A DNA stretch of 64,000 nucleotides from the NCBI GenBank assembly GCA_963704725.1, contig OY969934.1:2112001-2176000 (forward strand). The letters are read 5' to 3'. This document shows positions 41,254-51,830 of this stretch, one piece after another. This stretch comes from an uncultured Actinomycetes bacterium. Lineage in GTDB: Bacteria; Actinomycetota; UBA4738; HRBIN12. The notes below the pieces were generated by a model. That model had not been told where the DNA came from and did no database searches. It saw only the letters and a list, made by a program, of their open reading frames with translations. Within the stretch, counting starts at the first letter, position 1, and every line of letters starts with the position of its first letter. The position numbers and the translations under genes are program-made.

Positions 41254-41745
41254 TCAGGTTTCGTCGAACCGGGGGCGAAGCTTGAGGTACGTCTCCTGGA
41301 GGAGCTCGGGAAGGACCCGGGTCCGTCCGACCACGGGCATGAAGTTCGTGTCACCCCCCCAACGGGGGACGACGTGCCAGTGGAGATGCTCGGGGATGCC
41401 GGCCCCCGCCGCCCGCCCCAGGTTCAGCCCCACGTTGAACCCGTGCGGCTCCGAGGTCTCGCGCAGCGCCCGGAGCGACCGCCGGAGCATCCGGCCGATC
41501 GCGGCGTCCTCCTCCTCGGTGAGCTCCTCGGGGTCGCCGGTGTGGCGGATCGGCAGGATCAGCAGGTGACCGGGGTTGTACGGGTACTTGGCCAAGGTGA
41601 CGAACGCCAGCTCTTCGCGCGCCAGGACCCGGTCGCCGTCGGGGTCGCCCCGCTCGAGCAGCCCGCAGAACGCGCACCCCTCGGCCTCGCGGTCATGGGC
41701 GGCCTCGATGTACTCCATCCGCCACGGCGACCACAGCCGATCCAC
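41254..41745 (-). CDS. HIT-family protein (Ap4A phosphorylase-like); true start possibly 41794
   Basis: LWSPWRMEYI, CAFC, YPYNPGH, G.NLG..AGAG, HLHWHVVPRW.GD.NF. Confidence 0.9.
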   Translation of the reverse strand: MDRLWSPWRMEYIEAAHDREAEGCAFCGLLERGDPDGDRVLAREELAFVTLAKYPYNPGHLLILPIRHTGDPEELTEEEDAAIGRMLRRSLRALRETSEPHGFNVGLNLGRAAGAGIPEHLHWHVVPRWGGDTNFMPVVGRTRVLPELLQETYLKLRPRFDET

Positions 41746-41790
41746 GCTAGCCGCTTCCGCGGGGGGCTTCCGCTCGTCCGTCGTCTCGCT

Positions 41791-43725
41791 TCATGAGCCC
41801 TCCCCGAAACGGGACTGGGTGAGGCGCCGCGACCCGGCCTCCTCGGTGAGCGCGCCCACGAACGCGTCGAACGCCACGCCCTTGGTCTCGGTGCCGTCCC
41901 GATCGCGCACCGTGAGGACGCCCGATTCGACCTCGCGGTCGCCGATGACGAGCACGTAGGGAGCCTTCATGAGCTGGGCGGCCCGGACCTTCTTGCCCAC
42001 GGTCTCGCCCGAGGCGTCCACCTCGGGCCTGAGCCCCGCAGCACGCAGCTTCGCCGCCAGCGCGTTCGCGTGGTCGAGGTGCCGGTCGGCCACCGGAACC
42101 AGCCGGACCTGCTCCGGCGCCAGCCACAGCGGGAACGCGCCGGCGTAGTGCTCGATCAGGACGCCGCTGAAGCGCTCGATCGAGCCGAGGATCGCGCGGT
42201 GGACCATCACCGGCCGGTGCCGCTGGTTGTCCTCGCCCACGTACTCCATCTCGAAGCGCTCGGGCAGCCCGAAATCGCACTGGACCGTGGTGAGCTGCCA
42301 CAGCCGGCCGATCGCGTCGCGGAAGTGGAAGTCGACCTTGGGCCCGTAGAACGACCCCTCGCCCTCGGCCACCTGAAACCCGAGGCCGCTCCGCTCCAAG
42401 GCGTTGCGGAGGGCGCCGGTCGCCCGCTCGGCCATCTCGGGCGTGACGATGGTCTCTCCCGGCAGCGTCGACAACGTGATGAGCGGCTCCGTGAACCCGA
42501 ACGTGCCGAGGATCTCCAGCGTCAGGTCGAACACGGCCAGGATCTCGTCCACGAGCTGGTCCTCGCGGCAGATGATGTGCGAGTCGTCCTGGGTGAACCC
42601 GCGCGCCCGGAGCAGCCCGTGGACGACGCCGAGCCGTTCGTAGCGATAGACGGCGCCGAGCTCGGACAGGCGCATCGGCAGCTCGCGGTACGACCGGATC
42701 CGGGACTTGAACACGAGCACGTGGAACGGGCAGTTCATGGGCTTCACGAAGTACGCCGGGTCGCCCTCGTGCCGCATCTCGGGGAACATGAGCTCGGCGT
42801 ACTTCGCGGTGTGCCCGGACGTGTCCCACAGCTCCCGCCGCGCAAGGTTGGGCGTCGCGACGAGGTCGTAGCCCCGCTCGAGGTGCAGGTTCCGCACGTA
42901 GTCCTCGAGCTGTTTGCGGAAGATCCCGCCGCGCGGGTGCCACACCGCCAGGCCCGGGCCGAGCTCCTCGGGGAACGAGAACAGGTCGAGCTCGCGACCG
43001 AGCCGCCGGTGGTCGCGACGCTCGGCCTCCTCGAGCCGGTGCAGGTGCGCCTCGAGATCGTCCTGCGTCGCCCAGGCGGTGCCGTAGACACGCTGGAGCA
43101 TGGGGCGCCGCTCGTCCCCCCGCCAGTACGCGCCCGCCAGCTTCGTCAGGCGGAAGGCGCCGAGCCGCCCCGTCGACGGCACGTGCGGCCCAAGGCAGAG
43201 GTCGGCCCATCCGTCGTTGCGGTACACGCTCACCGTGTCGCCCGCCCCGACCTCCCCCGCCTCCAGGGACTCGATGATCTCCTTCTTGTACGGCTGATCG
43301 GCGAAGCGTTCGAGCGCCGCCGGGCGCGAGAGCTCCTCGCGCACGAAGGGCTGGTCCGCCGCGACGATCTCGCGCATGCGGTCCTCGATCTTGGCGAGGT
43401 CGGCCTCGGAGATCGGCCCATCCAACTCGAGGTCGTAGTAGAAGCCGTCCTGGACGGCAGGGCCGATCGCGTACCGGGCGCCGGGCCACAGGTCGCAGAC
43501 GGCCTGGGCCATCACGTGGGCGGCGGAGTGCCGCAGCACGTGGAGCCCGTCCGGGTCCGACGGCAGGACCGGCTCCGCGGTGCCGTCTCCGGCCGGCACG
43601 AACGACAGGTCGACCAGCTCGCCGTCCACCCGGGCGGCGATCGCCCCCGGCGGCAGCACGGAGCCGATCGGCTCCCCCTCGGGGAGGTCCGTGGTCCGGC
43701 CGTCGGCGAGCTCGATCCTCGGCAT
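41791..43725 (-). CDS. thrS: Threonine--tRNA ligase
   Basis: RHSAAH, GFYYD, DLC.GPH, RDHR.LG, KPMNCP, FYGPK, HRAILGSIERF. Confidence 0.97.
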   Translation of the reverse strand: MPRIELADGRTTDLPEGEPIGSVLPPGAIAARVDGELVDLSFVPAGDGTAEPVLPSDPDGLHVLRHSAAHVMAQAVCDLWPGARYAIGPAVQDGFYYDLELDGPISEADLAKIEDRMREIVAADQPFVREELSRPAALERFADQPYKKEIIESLEAGEVGAGDTVSVYRNDGWADLCLGPHVPSTGRLGAFRLTKLAGAYWRGDERRPMLQRVYGTAWATQDDLEAHLHRLEEAERRDHRRLGRELDLFSFPEELGPGLAVWHPRGGIFRKQLEDYVRNLHLERGYDLVATPNLARRELWDTSGHTAKYAELMFPEMRHEGDPAYFVKPMNCPFHVLVFKSRIRSYRELPMRLSELGAVYRYERLGVVHGLLRARGFTQDDSHIICREDQLVDEILAVFDLTLEILGTFGFTEPLITLSTLPGETIVTPEMAERATGALRNALERSGLGFQVAEGEGSFYGPKVDFHFRDAIGRLWQLTTVQCDFGLPERFEMEYVGEDNQRHRPVMVHRAILGSIERFSGVLIEHYAGAFPLWLAPEQVRLVPVADRHLDHANALAAKLRAAGLRPEVDASGETVGKKVRAAQLMKAPYVLVIGDREVESGVLTVRDRDGTETKGVAFDAFVGALTEEAGSRRLTQSRFGEGS

Positions 43726-43729
43726 CGGG

Positions 43730-46261
43730 CTACTCGTACGCGATGGCCTCGAGGACGTTGAGCTTCGCGGCCCGCCGGGCCGGCAGGATCGCGAACAGCA
43801 CCCCCAGGAGCGTGGCGAGCAGCACATAGACGACCAGCTGGCCGCCGGGGATGCCGAGCTCGGTGAATCCCTGGGGGGCGAGCGCCTGCTGCAGCGCCCA
43901 CCCGAACAGGATCCCGATCACGACGCCGAACAGTGCGCCCATGACCGAGATGATGACGGCTTCCCACCGAACCATCGAACGGGCCTGTCGCCGGGTCAGC
44001 CCGACCGCCCGCAGGAGTCCGAGCTCGCGGGTGCGTTCGTGGATCGACAGGTACAGCGTGTTCATGACGCCGAACAGCGCGATGAACACCGCGAGGAACA
44101 GCAGGCCCGTGATGAGGTTCAGGACCTGGTTCACGAAGGTCGCGTACTTGTCGCGGAAGGCCGCCTGGTCCTGCACCTCGACGTTGGGGAACGGCGTGAG
44201 GGCGTCGTCGAGCCCGGACTGCATCGTCCCCAGGTCGGCCCCGTCCTGCGCCCTGACCAGCACGAAGATGTCGAGCTGCTGCTCGACGTTCGCGTCGAAC
44301 GTGTCGAGCGACACCGAGTAGTCGCCGATCAGACCGTTCTCCGAGTAGACGGCGGCGATCTCCAGGTCGACGGTGCCCGTGGCCGGGAACCGCATCGAGA
44401 CCGTGTCCCCCACCGACCACCCGTTGTCGTCGGCCCGGTCCTGGAAGACGGCGACCGTGCCGGGCCGTCCGAGGTCCGCGATCGACCCGTCGACGATGCC
44501 GGCCTCCGAGACGGCGGGGAACGTCGTCGGGTCAAGTCCCGTCAGGAACGACGTCCCGCCGTTCACCTTGACCTCCGCCTGGCGAAGCTCCGACACGGCC
44601 TCGACGCCGGGGACGGGGCGGGCCGAGTCCGCGGCCGCCGTGCTGAACCCGCTCAGGGTGGGCGACGTCAGGATGAAGTCCGCCTTCAGGGTGCGCTCCA
44701 GGGTGGTGTCGACGGACGCCTTGGCGGAGGCGCCGAAGACGGCGACGAACACCACGAGCCCGAGGCCGATCATCAGCGCGGACGTGGTCGCGGCGGTCCG
44801 CCGGGGGTTGCGCATCGAGTTCTCGCGTCCCAGCCGTCCCGAGATGCCGGTGGCGCGGATCGGCATGCCCAGCGCGGCGGCGACCGGCCGCGCGATCAGC
44901 GGCGTCAGCATGGCCAGGCCGAGGAACGTGAACGCGACGCCGAGCCCCACGAGCTGCAATGCGTTGTCGGGCGTCCCGAACAACCCGTAGAGCAGGGGCC
45001 CCACGCCGAGCGCAAGAACGACCGCCCCGCTGATCAGCCGGAACCGGAGCGAGCGCCCCGGCCGGTCCTGTGCCTCGCGGAGCGCCTCGATCGGGGCGAC
45101 GCGGGCGGCACGGCGGGCGGGAACGATCGCGGCGATCATCGTGACGATCGTCCCCACGATGATCGACACGATGAACGTGCGCGCCAGGATCACCGTGCCG
45201 GATGCCGGGATGTCGAAACCGGTGGCGGAAAGGAGCCCCTTGAGCAGGATCGCGATGCCGATCCCGGCGAGGACGCCGACCGCCGAGGAGACGACGCCGA
45301 CGATGAGCGCCTCGACGACCACCGAGGTCATCACCTGGCGACGGCTCGCCCCCAGGGCTCGGAACAACGCGAGCTCGCGCGTGCGCTGCGCCACGATGAT
45401 CGTGAAGGTGTTGAAGATGATGAACGCCCCGACGAAGAGCGCGACGAACGCGAACACCAGGAACGCCGTCCGGAGGAACCCGAGCCCCTGGCTGATCTGG
45501 TCGTGCGCCTCCGCGACGACGGTGGCCGCGGGGACGGCCTCGACGCCGTCCGGAAGCACGCCGGCGATGCGATGGACGAGGTCGGCGCTGCCGACGCCCT
45601 CGTCCCCGACCACCGAAACCGAGTCGAGCTGGCCCTCCCGTCCCAGGACGAGCTGCGCGGTGGGCAGGTCGAAGAGCGCCCACGTCGCTCCGAGGAGGCT
45701 GTCGGAGCTACCGTAGCCCGCCAGTCCCACCACCTCGAACTCGCCGGGCTCGCGGGCGAACACGATCTTCACCCGATCGCCCACCTTGATGTCGTGGTTC
45801 GATGCGGTGGCGGCATCGATCACCACCTGGTCGCTGCCCTGCGGGGGCGACCCCGCCCGCAGCGTGAACCCGTTGAGGTCGTTCCACGCCGACGCCGCCG
45901 TGGGGGGGCCGAACGTGCCGATGACCTTGCCGGTCGCCGGGTCGACGATCTGCGCGTACCCCAGGACGTCGCCGACCGCCTCCTTCACGCCGTCCACGCC
46001 CTGGATGTCGGTCAGCACCGACTCGGGCATGGGCTTGCGCTCCTCGATGGCGCTCGTCTGCGCGGTGAACGCGTTGGAGCTGCGCACCAGCACGTCGATG
46101 CTGGACGTCCCGGTGTCGACGAGCTGGTTGAACGCCGCCGTCATCGTGTCGGTGAGCACGTAGGTGCCCGCCATGAAGCTGACGCCGAGCAGGATCGCCA
46201 GGCCGGTCAGGATCAGGCGGATCTTCCTCGCCAGGACGCTGCGGAGCGCGGCGCGGAGCAT
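43730..46261 (-). CDS. ABC transporter permease (FtsX/MacB-like, duplicated)
   Basis: Two FtsX repeats: QRTRELALFRALGAS and ERTRELGLLRAVG; PARRAA. Confidence 0.9.
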   Translation of the reverse strand: MLRAALRSVLARKIRLILTGLAILLGVSFMAGTYVLTDTMTAAFNQLVDTGTSSIDVLVRSSNAFTAQTSAIEERKPMPESVLTDIQGVDGVKEAVGDVLGYAQIVDPATGKVIGTFGPPTAASAWNDLNGFTLRAGSPPQGSDQVVIDAATASNHDIKVGDRVKIVFAREPGEFEVVGLAGYGSSDSLLGATWALFDLPTAQLVLGREGQLDSVSVVGDEGVGSADLVHRIAGVLPDGVEAVPAATVVAEAHDQISQGLGFLRTAFLVFAFVALFVGAFIIFNTFTIIVAQRTRELALFRALGASRRQVMTSVVVEALIVGVVSSAVGVLAGIGIAILLKGLLSATGFDIPASGTVILARTFIVSIIVGTIVTMIAAIVPARRAARVAPIEALREAQDRPGRSLRFRLISGAVVLALGVGPLLYGLFGTPDNALQLVGLGVAFTFLGLAMLTPLIARPVAAALGMPIRATGISGRLGRENSMRNPRRTAATTSALMIGLGLVVFVAVFGASAKASVDTTLERTLKADFILTSPTLSGFSTAAADSARPVPGVEAVSELRQAEVKVNGGTSFLTGLDPTTFPAVSEAGIVDGSIADLGRPGTVAVFQDRADDNGWSVGDTVSMRFPATGTVDLEIAAVYSENGLIGDYSVSLDTFDANVEQQLDIFVLVRAQDGADLGTMQSGLDDALTPFPNVEVQDQAAFRDKYATFVNQVLNLITGLLFLAVFIALFGVMNTLYLSIHERTRELGLLRAVGLTRRQARSMVRWEAVIISVMGALFGVVIGILFGWALQQALAPQGFTELGIPGGQLVVYVLLATLLGVLFAILPARRAAKLNVLEAIAYE

Positions 46262-47023
<762 letters not shown>

Positions 47024-47093
47024 GATCGGAAGCTCCTTCGCGAACGCACCACTACGGGCGCCGCCACCCTATCGAACGCCCCGCCCCCGACCG

Positions 47094-47165
47094 TGGGCGC
47101 GGCAGGTTTTGAACCTGCGACCTCTTGCGTGTGAAGCAAGCGCTCTCCCACTGAGCTACGCGCCC
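47094..47165 (-). tRNA. tRNA-Val (anticodon CAC), CCA not encoded
   Basis: GGGCGCG/CGCGCCC acceptor stem, GCTC/GAGC D-arm, CTTGC-TTCACAC-GCAAG anticodon arm, GCAGG-TTCAAAA-CCTGC T-arm; TGnTACCCT -10 upstream. Confidence 0.96.
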
Positions 47166-47247
47166 GGGATCGCAAGGGTAGCATCCGAGGCCAACGGTTC
47201 CCGAGACGCGGCGTCCGCCGGCCGGCTCGAACCAGGGGGGATAAGGA

Positions 47248-47280
47248 GACGGCGGCGCGTGCCCGCGTCGCGCCGCCGTC
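47248..47280 (-). terminator. Perfect 12-bp hairpin, terminator-like on the minus strand
   Basis: GACGGCGGCGCG/CGCGCCGCCGTC followed by TCCTTAT on the minus strand. Confidence 0.5.
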
Positions 47281-47397
47281 CATTCGGCCGAGCCTTGCAG
47301 CCCGGACGTTCGGCCGAAGTGTGGCACCGGCACCACCCCGGCGCAACCCCTATTTCTCTTCGGCGCATACCCCGCCCGTTGGCTACCATCGGGAGCC

Positions 47398-48591
47398 ATG
47401 CTGCTCGCGGAGCTCGCCACCGGATCCGACTCCAAGGTCCTGCTCGTCGTGCTCGACGGTCTCGGCGGGATGGCCGACCGCGACCACGGCACGGAGCTCG
47501 AGGAGGCCGACACCCCCAACCTGGACCGGCTGGCCGCCGAGGGGGTCACGGGTCTGCTCGAGCCGGTCGGCCCAGGCATCACCCCGGGGTCGGGGCCCGG
47601 ACACCTCGCCCTGTTCGGCTACGACCCGCTCGAGCAGCTCCTGGGCAGAGGCGCGCTGTCCGCCGCCGGACTCGACGTCGAGCTGCGGCCGGGCGACGTC
47701 GCGGCGCGGGGCAACCTGTGCACGATCGGGCCCGACGGCACGGTGGCGGACCGGCGCGCCGGCCGCCCGCCGGACGAGGACGCCCGGCGGGTGGTCGACC
47801 GGCTGGCCTCGGAGGTGCACGTCGACGGCGTCGAGCTGCTGTTCCGCCACGAGCGCGGGCACCGGTTCCTGATCGTCTTCCGCGGCGAGGGGCTGGACCC
47901 GCGGGTGGCCGATACGGACCCGCAGCACACCGGCGTCTCCCCGCTTGCGCCGCGCCCGCTCGATGAGGCCGCCGCCCGGACGGCCGCCGTCGCGGACACG
48001 GTGATCGCCGAGGCCCGTCGAGTGCTGGGGGACGAGCCCGCCGCCAACGGGATCCTGCTCCGTGGGTTCGACGCCCAGCGCGAGCTCCCGGCGTTCACCG
48101 ACCGAACGGGGATGCGCGCCGCCGCGATCGCCGTCTACCCCATGTACCGGGGCATCGCCAGGATCCTCGGCTTCGAGGTGCTCGGTCCGCCGGCCGACCT
48201 GGCGGAGGAGCTCACGCTCCTGGAGAAGCACTGGGGCGACGCCGACTTCTTCTTCCTGCACCACAAGGACGCCGACGCGGCCGGCGAGGACGGCAACCGC
48301 GAGGCCAAGGTCGCCGCGATCGAGCGTCTGGACGCCGTGATCCCGCAGCTCGTCGCGCTCCAGCCCGACGTCATCGCGGTCACGGGGGATCACGCCACCC
48401 CGTCGCAGATGGCGGCCCACTCCTGGCACCCGGTCCCCGTCCTCGTGCGCGGGGCCCTGTGCGGCACCGACGGCGTCGAGCGGTTCGGCGAGCGGTGGTG
48501 TCGCGAGGGCGGGCTCGGCCGGCGGCCTTCGCGCGAGCTGCTTCCGATCCTGATGGCCAACGCCGGACGCCTGGCCAAGTACGGGGCCTGA
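47398..48591 (+). CDS. apgM: 2,3-bisphosphoglycerate-independent phosphoglycerate mutase (ApgM type)
   Basis: LDGLG, T.LE.A.TPNLD, GSGPGHLALFGY, GRG, TGDHATP, HSWHPVP. Confidence 0.88.
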   Translation: MLLAELATGSDSKVLLVVLDGLGGMADRDHGTELEEADTPNLDRLAAEGVTGLLEPVGPGITPGSGPGHLALFGYDPLEQLLGRGALSAAGLDVELRPGDVAARGNLCTIGPDGTVADRRAGRPPDEDARRVVDRLASEVHVDGVELLFRHERGHRFLIVFRGEGLDPRVADTDPQHTGVSPLAPRPLDEAAARTAAVADTVIAEARRVLGDEPAANGILLRGFDAQRELPAFTDRTGMRAAAIAVYPMYRGIARILGFEVLGPPADLAEELTLLEKHWGDADFFFLHHKDADAAGEDGNREAKVAAIERLDAVIPQLVALQPDVIAVTGDHATPSQMAAHSWHPVPVLVRGALCGTDGVERFGERWCREGGLGRRPSRELLPILMANAGRLAKYGA

Positions 48592-48595
48592 GGCG

Positions 48596-48889
48596 CTACC
48601 CGGGCCTGCGGCTCCTTCGCTCCGTCTTGGATCGCAGCCAGGCCCGGGTGACCTGGATGCCGCGGCGCTGGCGCTCGATCTCGATCCGCATCATGGCGCA
48701 GTCGACCTGCCGCTCGTCCGCCGCCCGCCGGATGTACGCCGTCAGGAGCTCCGCTCGCCGCGACCGCAGCGCCGCGGCGTCGACGTGTCCGACGAGGATG
48801 CGGGTCTCCCCCTCGGCGCCGCTCGGCTCGACCGTTGAGGTCCCGACCGTGGACAACCACGTCCCGAGCTCGTACGCCGCGCTACGCAT
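48596..48889 (-). CDS. Hypothetical 97-aa basic helical protein
   Basis: Overlaps the end of the anti-sigma gene by 8 nt and fills the gap to the convergent apgM; no recognisable motif. Confidence 0.45.
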   Translation of the reverse strand: MRSAAYELGTWLSTVGTSTVEPSGAEGETRILVGHVDAAALRSRRAELLTAYIRRAADERQVDCAMMRIEIERQRRGIQVTRAWLRSKTERRSRRPG

Positions 48890-49280
48890 CGGCGAACCTC
48901 AGCAGGAACCACACGACGGAGCCGTCGTCGCCCTCGTCGCCCACGCCCCAGGAGTCGGCCAGCCGATCGAGCAGGAACAGGCCCCACCCGGTCCCCGCCG
49001 AGGACCCGTGAGCGGACCCGGACACGTCGAATCCCCGGCCACGATCGGCGACCTCGATGTAGAGCTCGTGCGGGGCGGTGCGGATCAGCACCGTGATCGT
49101 CTCCTCGTCCGTGAGCCCGGCGTGCCGGATCGCGTTGGTCATCAGCTCCGACAGCAGCAGCCTGGCGTCGTCGAGCGTGGAGCGCGGGACCCGGTCCGAG
49201 AGACCGTCGAGGACCCGGCGACCCATGGCGGGCGCGGAGTGGTGCGGCCGGAAGGAGACCCGAGCCTCTTCCATCGCCAC
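48882..49280 (-). CDS. Anti-sigma factor / Ser-Thr kinase (RsbW-like HATPase_c)
   Basis: SELMTNAIRH (N box), EVADRGRGF (G1), GWGLFLLDRLADSWG, VWF. Confidence 0.88.
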   Translation of the reverse strand: MAMEEARVSFRPHHSAPAMGRRVLDGLSDRVPRSTLDDARLLLSELMTNAIRHAGLTDEETITVLIRTAPHELYIEVADRGRGFDVSGSAHGSSAGTGWGLFLLDRLADSWGVGDEGDDGSVVWFLLRFADA

Positions 49281-49331
49281 GGGCTCCTCGCCTCCCCTCG
49301 ATCCCGGGGGCGACCCCTCTTCACTGTACTC

Positions 49332-49355
49332 CTACCCGTTCCCCCCAGGTGAAAC
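49332..49355 (-). promoter_or_regulatory. SigB/SigF-like promoter upstream of the anti-sigma gene
   Basis: Minus strand GTTTCA-N12-GGGTAG overlapping the CheR stop. Confidence 0.55.
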
Positions 49356-51188
49356 GCCCCCGGCGTCGTCGCTCTCCATGAGCAGGATGACGCCGGCCCG
49401 CGCGCCGTCGTCGTCGAAGCGCGAACACGTGATGCGGCACCGGATCCCGCGACCGCGGCGATTGGTGGCGTCGACGACGAGGGTGTCCCCTTGGGGATCG
49501 CCGGCCAGCACGCGGCGGATCTGCTTGCGCACCGGCTCGAGGGGCAGCCCGACGTCCAGGTTGAGGAACGGCTGCCCGCGGACCTCCTCGTAACGCAGGC
49601 CCCACAGGTCCTCGCTCGCGCGATTCCACATCCGGACGCGGAGGTCCGCGTCGAGCACGACGACGCCGGCTCGGACGCCGCCGAGGATCGAGGCCAGGAA
49701 CCCGTTGAGGCCGGTCACCTCCCGCGACCGGTGGTCGAGCTCGAGGTTCACCGCCCGAAGCTCCTCGTTCGTGGACTGGAGCTCCTCGTTCACGGTCTGG
49801 AGCTCCTCGTTCGTGGACTGGAGCTCTTCGTTCGTCGTCTCCAGCTCCTCGTTGGTGGACTGGAGCTCTTCGTTCGTCGTCTCGAGCTCCTCGTTGGTGG
49901 ACTGGAGCTCCTCCATCGCCGTCTCGAGCTCCTGGTTCGACTCCTCGACATCGCGTTGGAGTTGCCGAGCCTCCGAGACGTCCACGAACGAGACCGCGAT
50001 CCCCTGCTGGCCGCCCGGACCGTCGAGCGAGGCGACCTCGACGTCGAACGTCGACGGCGGCTCGCCCGGAGGCCCGAACCGCACGCCGAGGATCTTCACC
50101 GTCTCGCGGGTGCGGCTCGTCTCCTCGATCGGTCCGCGGAGATCCGCCGGCCGCTCGGAGACGTCGAGATCCTCAAGCGGTCTGCCCAGGTCGTCCTGGC
50201 GAAGCCCGAACAGGAGCGAGGCGCGTCGATTGGCCATGAGGAGGCGGCGCTCGGGGCTCACCAGGATCTGCGCCACGGCCGCCTCCTGGAACGCGATCCG
50301 GGACAGTCGGGGCGTCCCGTCCTGGGGCTCGTCCGGTCCCACCGCCCACGGCGGAGCCGGCTGCGCGTGCTCCCGACTCCCCTCCTTCGCGAACACGCGC
50401 CGCTTCACGTCGACCGGGACGAACGTCGGGATCCGCGTGAACAGCATCTCCGACTTGCCCAGCAGCAGCAGCCCGTCCGGGTTCAGGCTGAACCGGAAGC
50501 GGTCGAGCACGTGGGCCTGCGTCTCCGCGTTCAGATACATGAGCGTGTTCCGGCAGGAGATGAGATCCGTCTTGCTGATCGGGGCGTCCTGCACCAGGTC
50601 GTGCCGGCCGAAGACGAGGGCATGGCGGAGGTCTCGCCGGAACTCGAATCCCTCCCGCGTGCGCTTGAAGAACCGCTCCACGCGCCCGGGCTCGACCGGC
50701 TCGACCGCCTTCGCCGAGTACGCGCCCTGCCGGGCCGCCGCGACCGCCTCGTCGTCGGCGTCCGTCGCGTAGATCTTCACCCGCGCCTGGAAGGCGTCGT
50801 CGCCCATCCGCTCGGCGAAGAGCATCGCGATCGAGTACGCCTCCTCGCCGCTCGCGCATCCGGCGCACCACACGCGGATCGGGGCGTCGTCCGTCGCACG
50901 GGCGATGCGGGGCACGACCTCCTCCGCCAGGTACTCCCAGACCTGCGGGTCGCGGAAGAACGACGTGACGTTGATGAGGATGAAGTTGAAGAGCTCGGTG
51001 AACTCCTCCTGGTGAACCTCGAGGTAGTCGACGTAGCTCGCGAACCCCTGCACGCCGAGGGCGTCCATGCGCCCGAGGACGCGCCGCATCAGGCTGGAGC
51101 GCTTGTAGCCCGTGAAGTCGAAGCCTCGCGAGGTCCGCAGGAACTCGAGCAGGTCCTCGAACGCCTCGTCCCGCTCGGGCTCCGCCAT
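49332..51188 (-). CDS. CheR-type methyltransferase fused to PAS-coiled coil-PAS (non-chemotaxis type)
   Basis: INVTSFFRD, WCAGCASGEEAYS, ATD, CRNTLMY, LGKSE; EELQSTN heptads; C-terminal PAS (WNRASEDLWG); no kinase domain. Confidence 0.9.
   Translation of the reverse strand: MAEPERDEAFEDLLEFLRTSRGFDFTGYKRSSLMRRVLGRMDALGVQGFASYVDYLEVHQEEFTELFNFILINVTSFFRDPQVWEYLAEEVVPRIARATDDAPIRVWCAGCASGEEAYSIAMLFAERMGDDAFQARVKIYATDADDEAVAAARQGAYSAKAVEPVEPGRVERFFKRTREGFEFRRDLRHALVFGRHDLVQDAPISKTDLISCRNTLMYLNAETQAHVLDRFRFSLNPDGLLLLGKSEMLFTRIPTFVPVDVKRRVFAKEGSREHAQPAPPWAVGPDEPQDGTPRLSRIAFQEAAVAQILVSPERRLLMANRRASLLFGLRQDDLGRPLEDLDVSERPADLRGPIEETSRTRETVKILGVRFGPPGEPPSTFDVEVASLDGPGGQQGIAVSFVDVSEARQLQRDVEESNQELETAMEELQSTNEELETTNEELQSTNEELETTNEELQSTNEELQTVNEELQSTNEELRAVNLELDHRSREVTGLNGFLASILGGVRAGVVVLDADLRVRMWNRASEDLWGLRYEEVRGQPFLNLDVGLPLEPVRKQIRRVLAGDPQGDTLVVDATNRRGRGIRCRITCSRFDDDGARAGVILLMESDDAGGVSPGGNG
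49758..49940. repeat. Imperfect 21-bp tandem repeats (about 9 heptads, NEELQST/NEELETT)
   Basis: Repeated gagctc(c/t)tcgtt units at a 21-nt period. Confidence 0.9.
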
Positions 51189-51766
51189 CAGCGCTTCGCC
51201 CCGACACAGAGATCGACGAGCCGGCCGCCGATCCGGTCGAGGGGGAGCACCAGGTCCACGACACCGGTGGCGACCGCCGCCCCGGGCATCCCCGGGAACT
51301 CCGCGTCCTGGTCTTGAGCGATCACCAGTCCCCCCGTCTGCTTGATCGCCGTGACGCCCAGCGAGCCGTCCACGCCCGTCCCGGACAGTACGACGGCGAT
51401 CGCCCGCCCCCGGTACGCGGCGGCCACCGATTCGAAGAGCAGGTCCGCGGACGGGCGGACGAAATGGACGAGCTCGGTCTGCGTGAGCGAGATCGTCCCG
51501 TCGGCGTCCACGAGCAGGTGGTGGTCCGGAGGGGCGACGACCACGCGGGAGGGACGTGCCGGCTCGCCGTCGACCGCCTCCACCACCTCGAGGGCGCACC
51601 GCCGGGCCAGCAGCGGAGCCATCAGGCTCGAGTGGTGCGGATCGAGATGCTGGACGACGAAGATCACCGCGGGGAAGCCGGCAGGGAGCGAGCTCAGCAC
51701 CACGGTGAGGGCATGGAGACCTCCCGCGGAGGCCGCCATGGCGATCGCGCGGTGCTCCTCGTTCAT
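51188..51766 (-). CDS. Stand-alone CheB methylesterase (no receiver domain)
   Basis: ASAGG (Ser), VQH (His), RPSAD.LF.S, LSG.G.DG (Asp), AQD, GMP; 1-nt overlap with cheR. Confidence 0.9.
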   Translation of the reverse strand: MNEEHRAIAMAASAGGLHALTVVLSSLPAGFPAVIFVVQHLDPHHSSLMAPLLARRCALEVVEAVDGEPARPSRVVVAPPDHHLLVDADGTISLTQTELVHFVRPSADLLFESVAAAYRGRAIAVVLSGTGVDGSLGVTAIKQTGGLVIAQDQDAEFPGMPGAAVATGVVDLVLPLDRIGGRLVDLCVGAKR

Positions 51767-51830
51767 CTGCTCACCGGCCCCGGGCCGCCTCGCGAGGTCT
51801 CCTCCGCGCGAGCATCGCCCTGCCGGCAGC

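Noticed and set aside
49758-49940. Regular 21-bp repeats resembling a CRISPR or VNTR array
   Set aside because: No spacers and no cas genes; they encode coiled-coil heptads inside cheR
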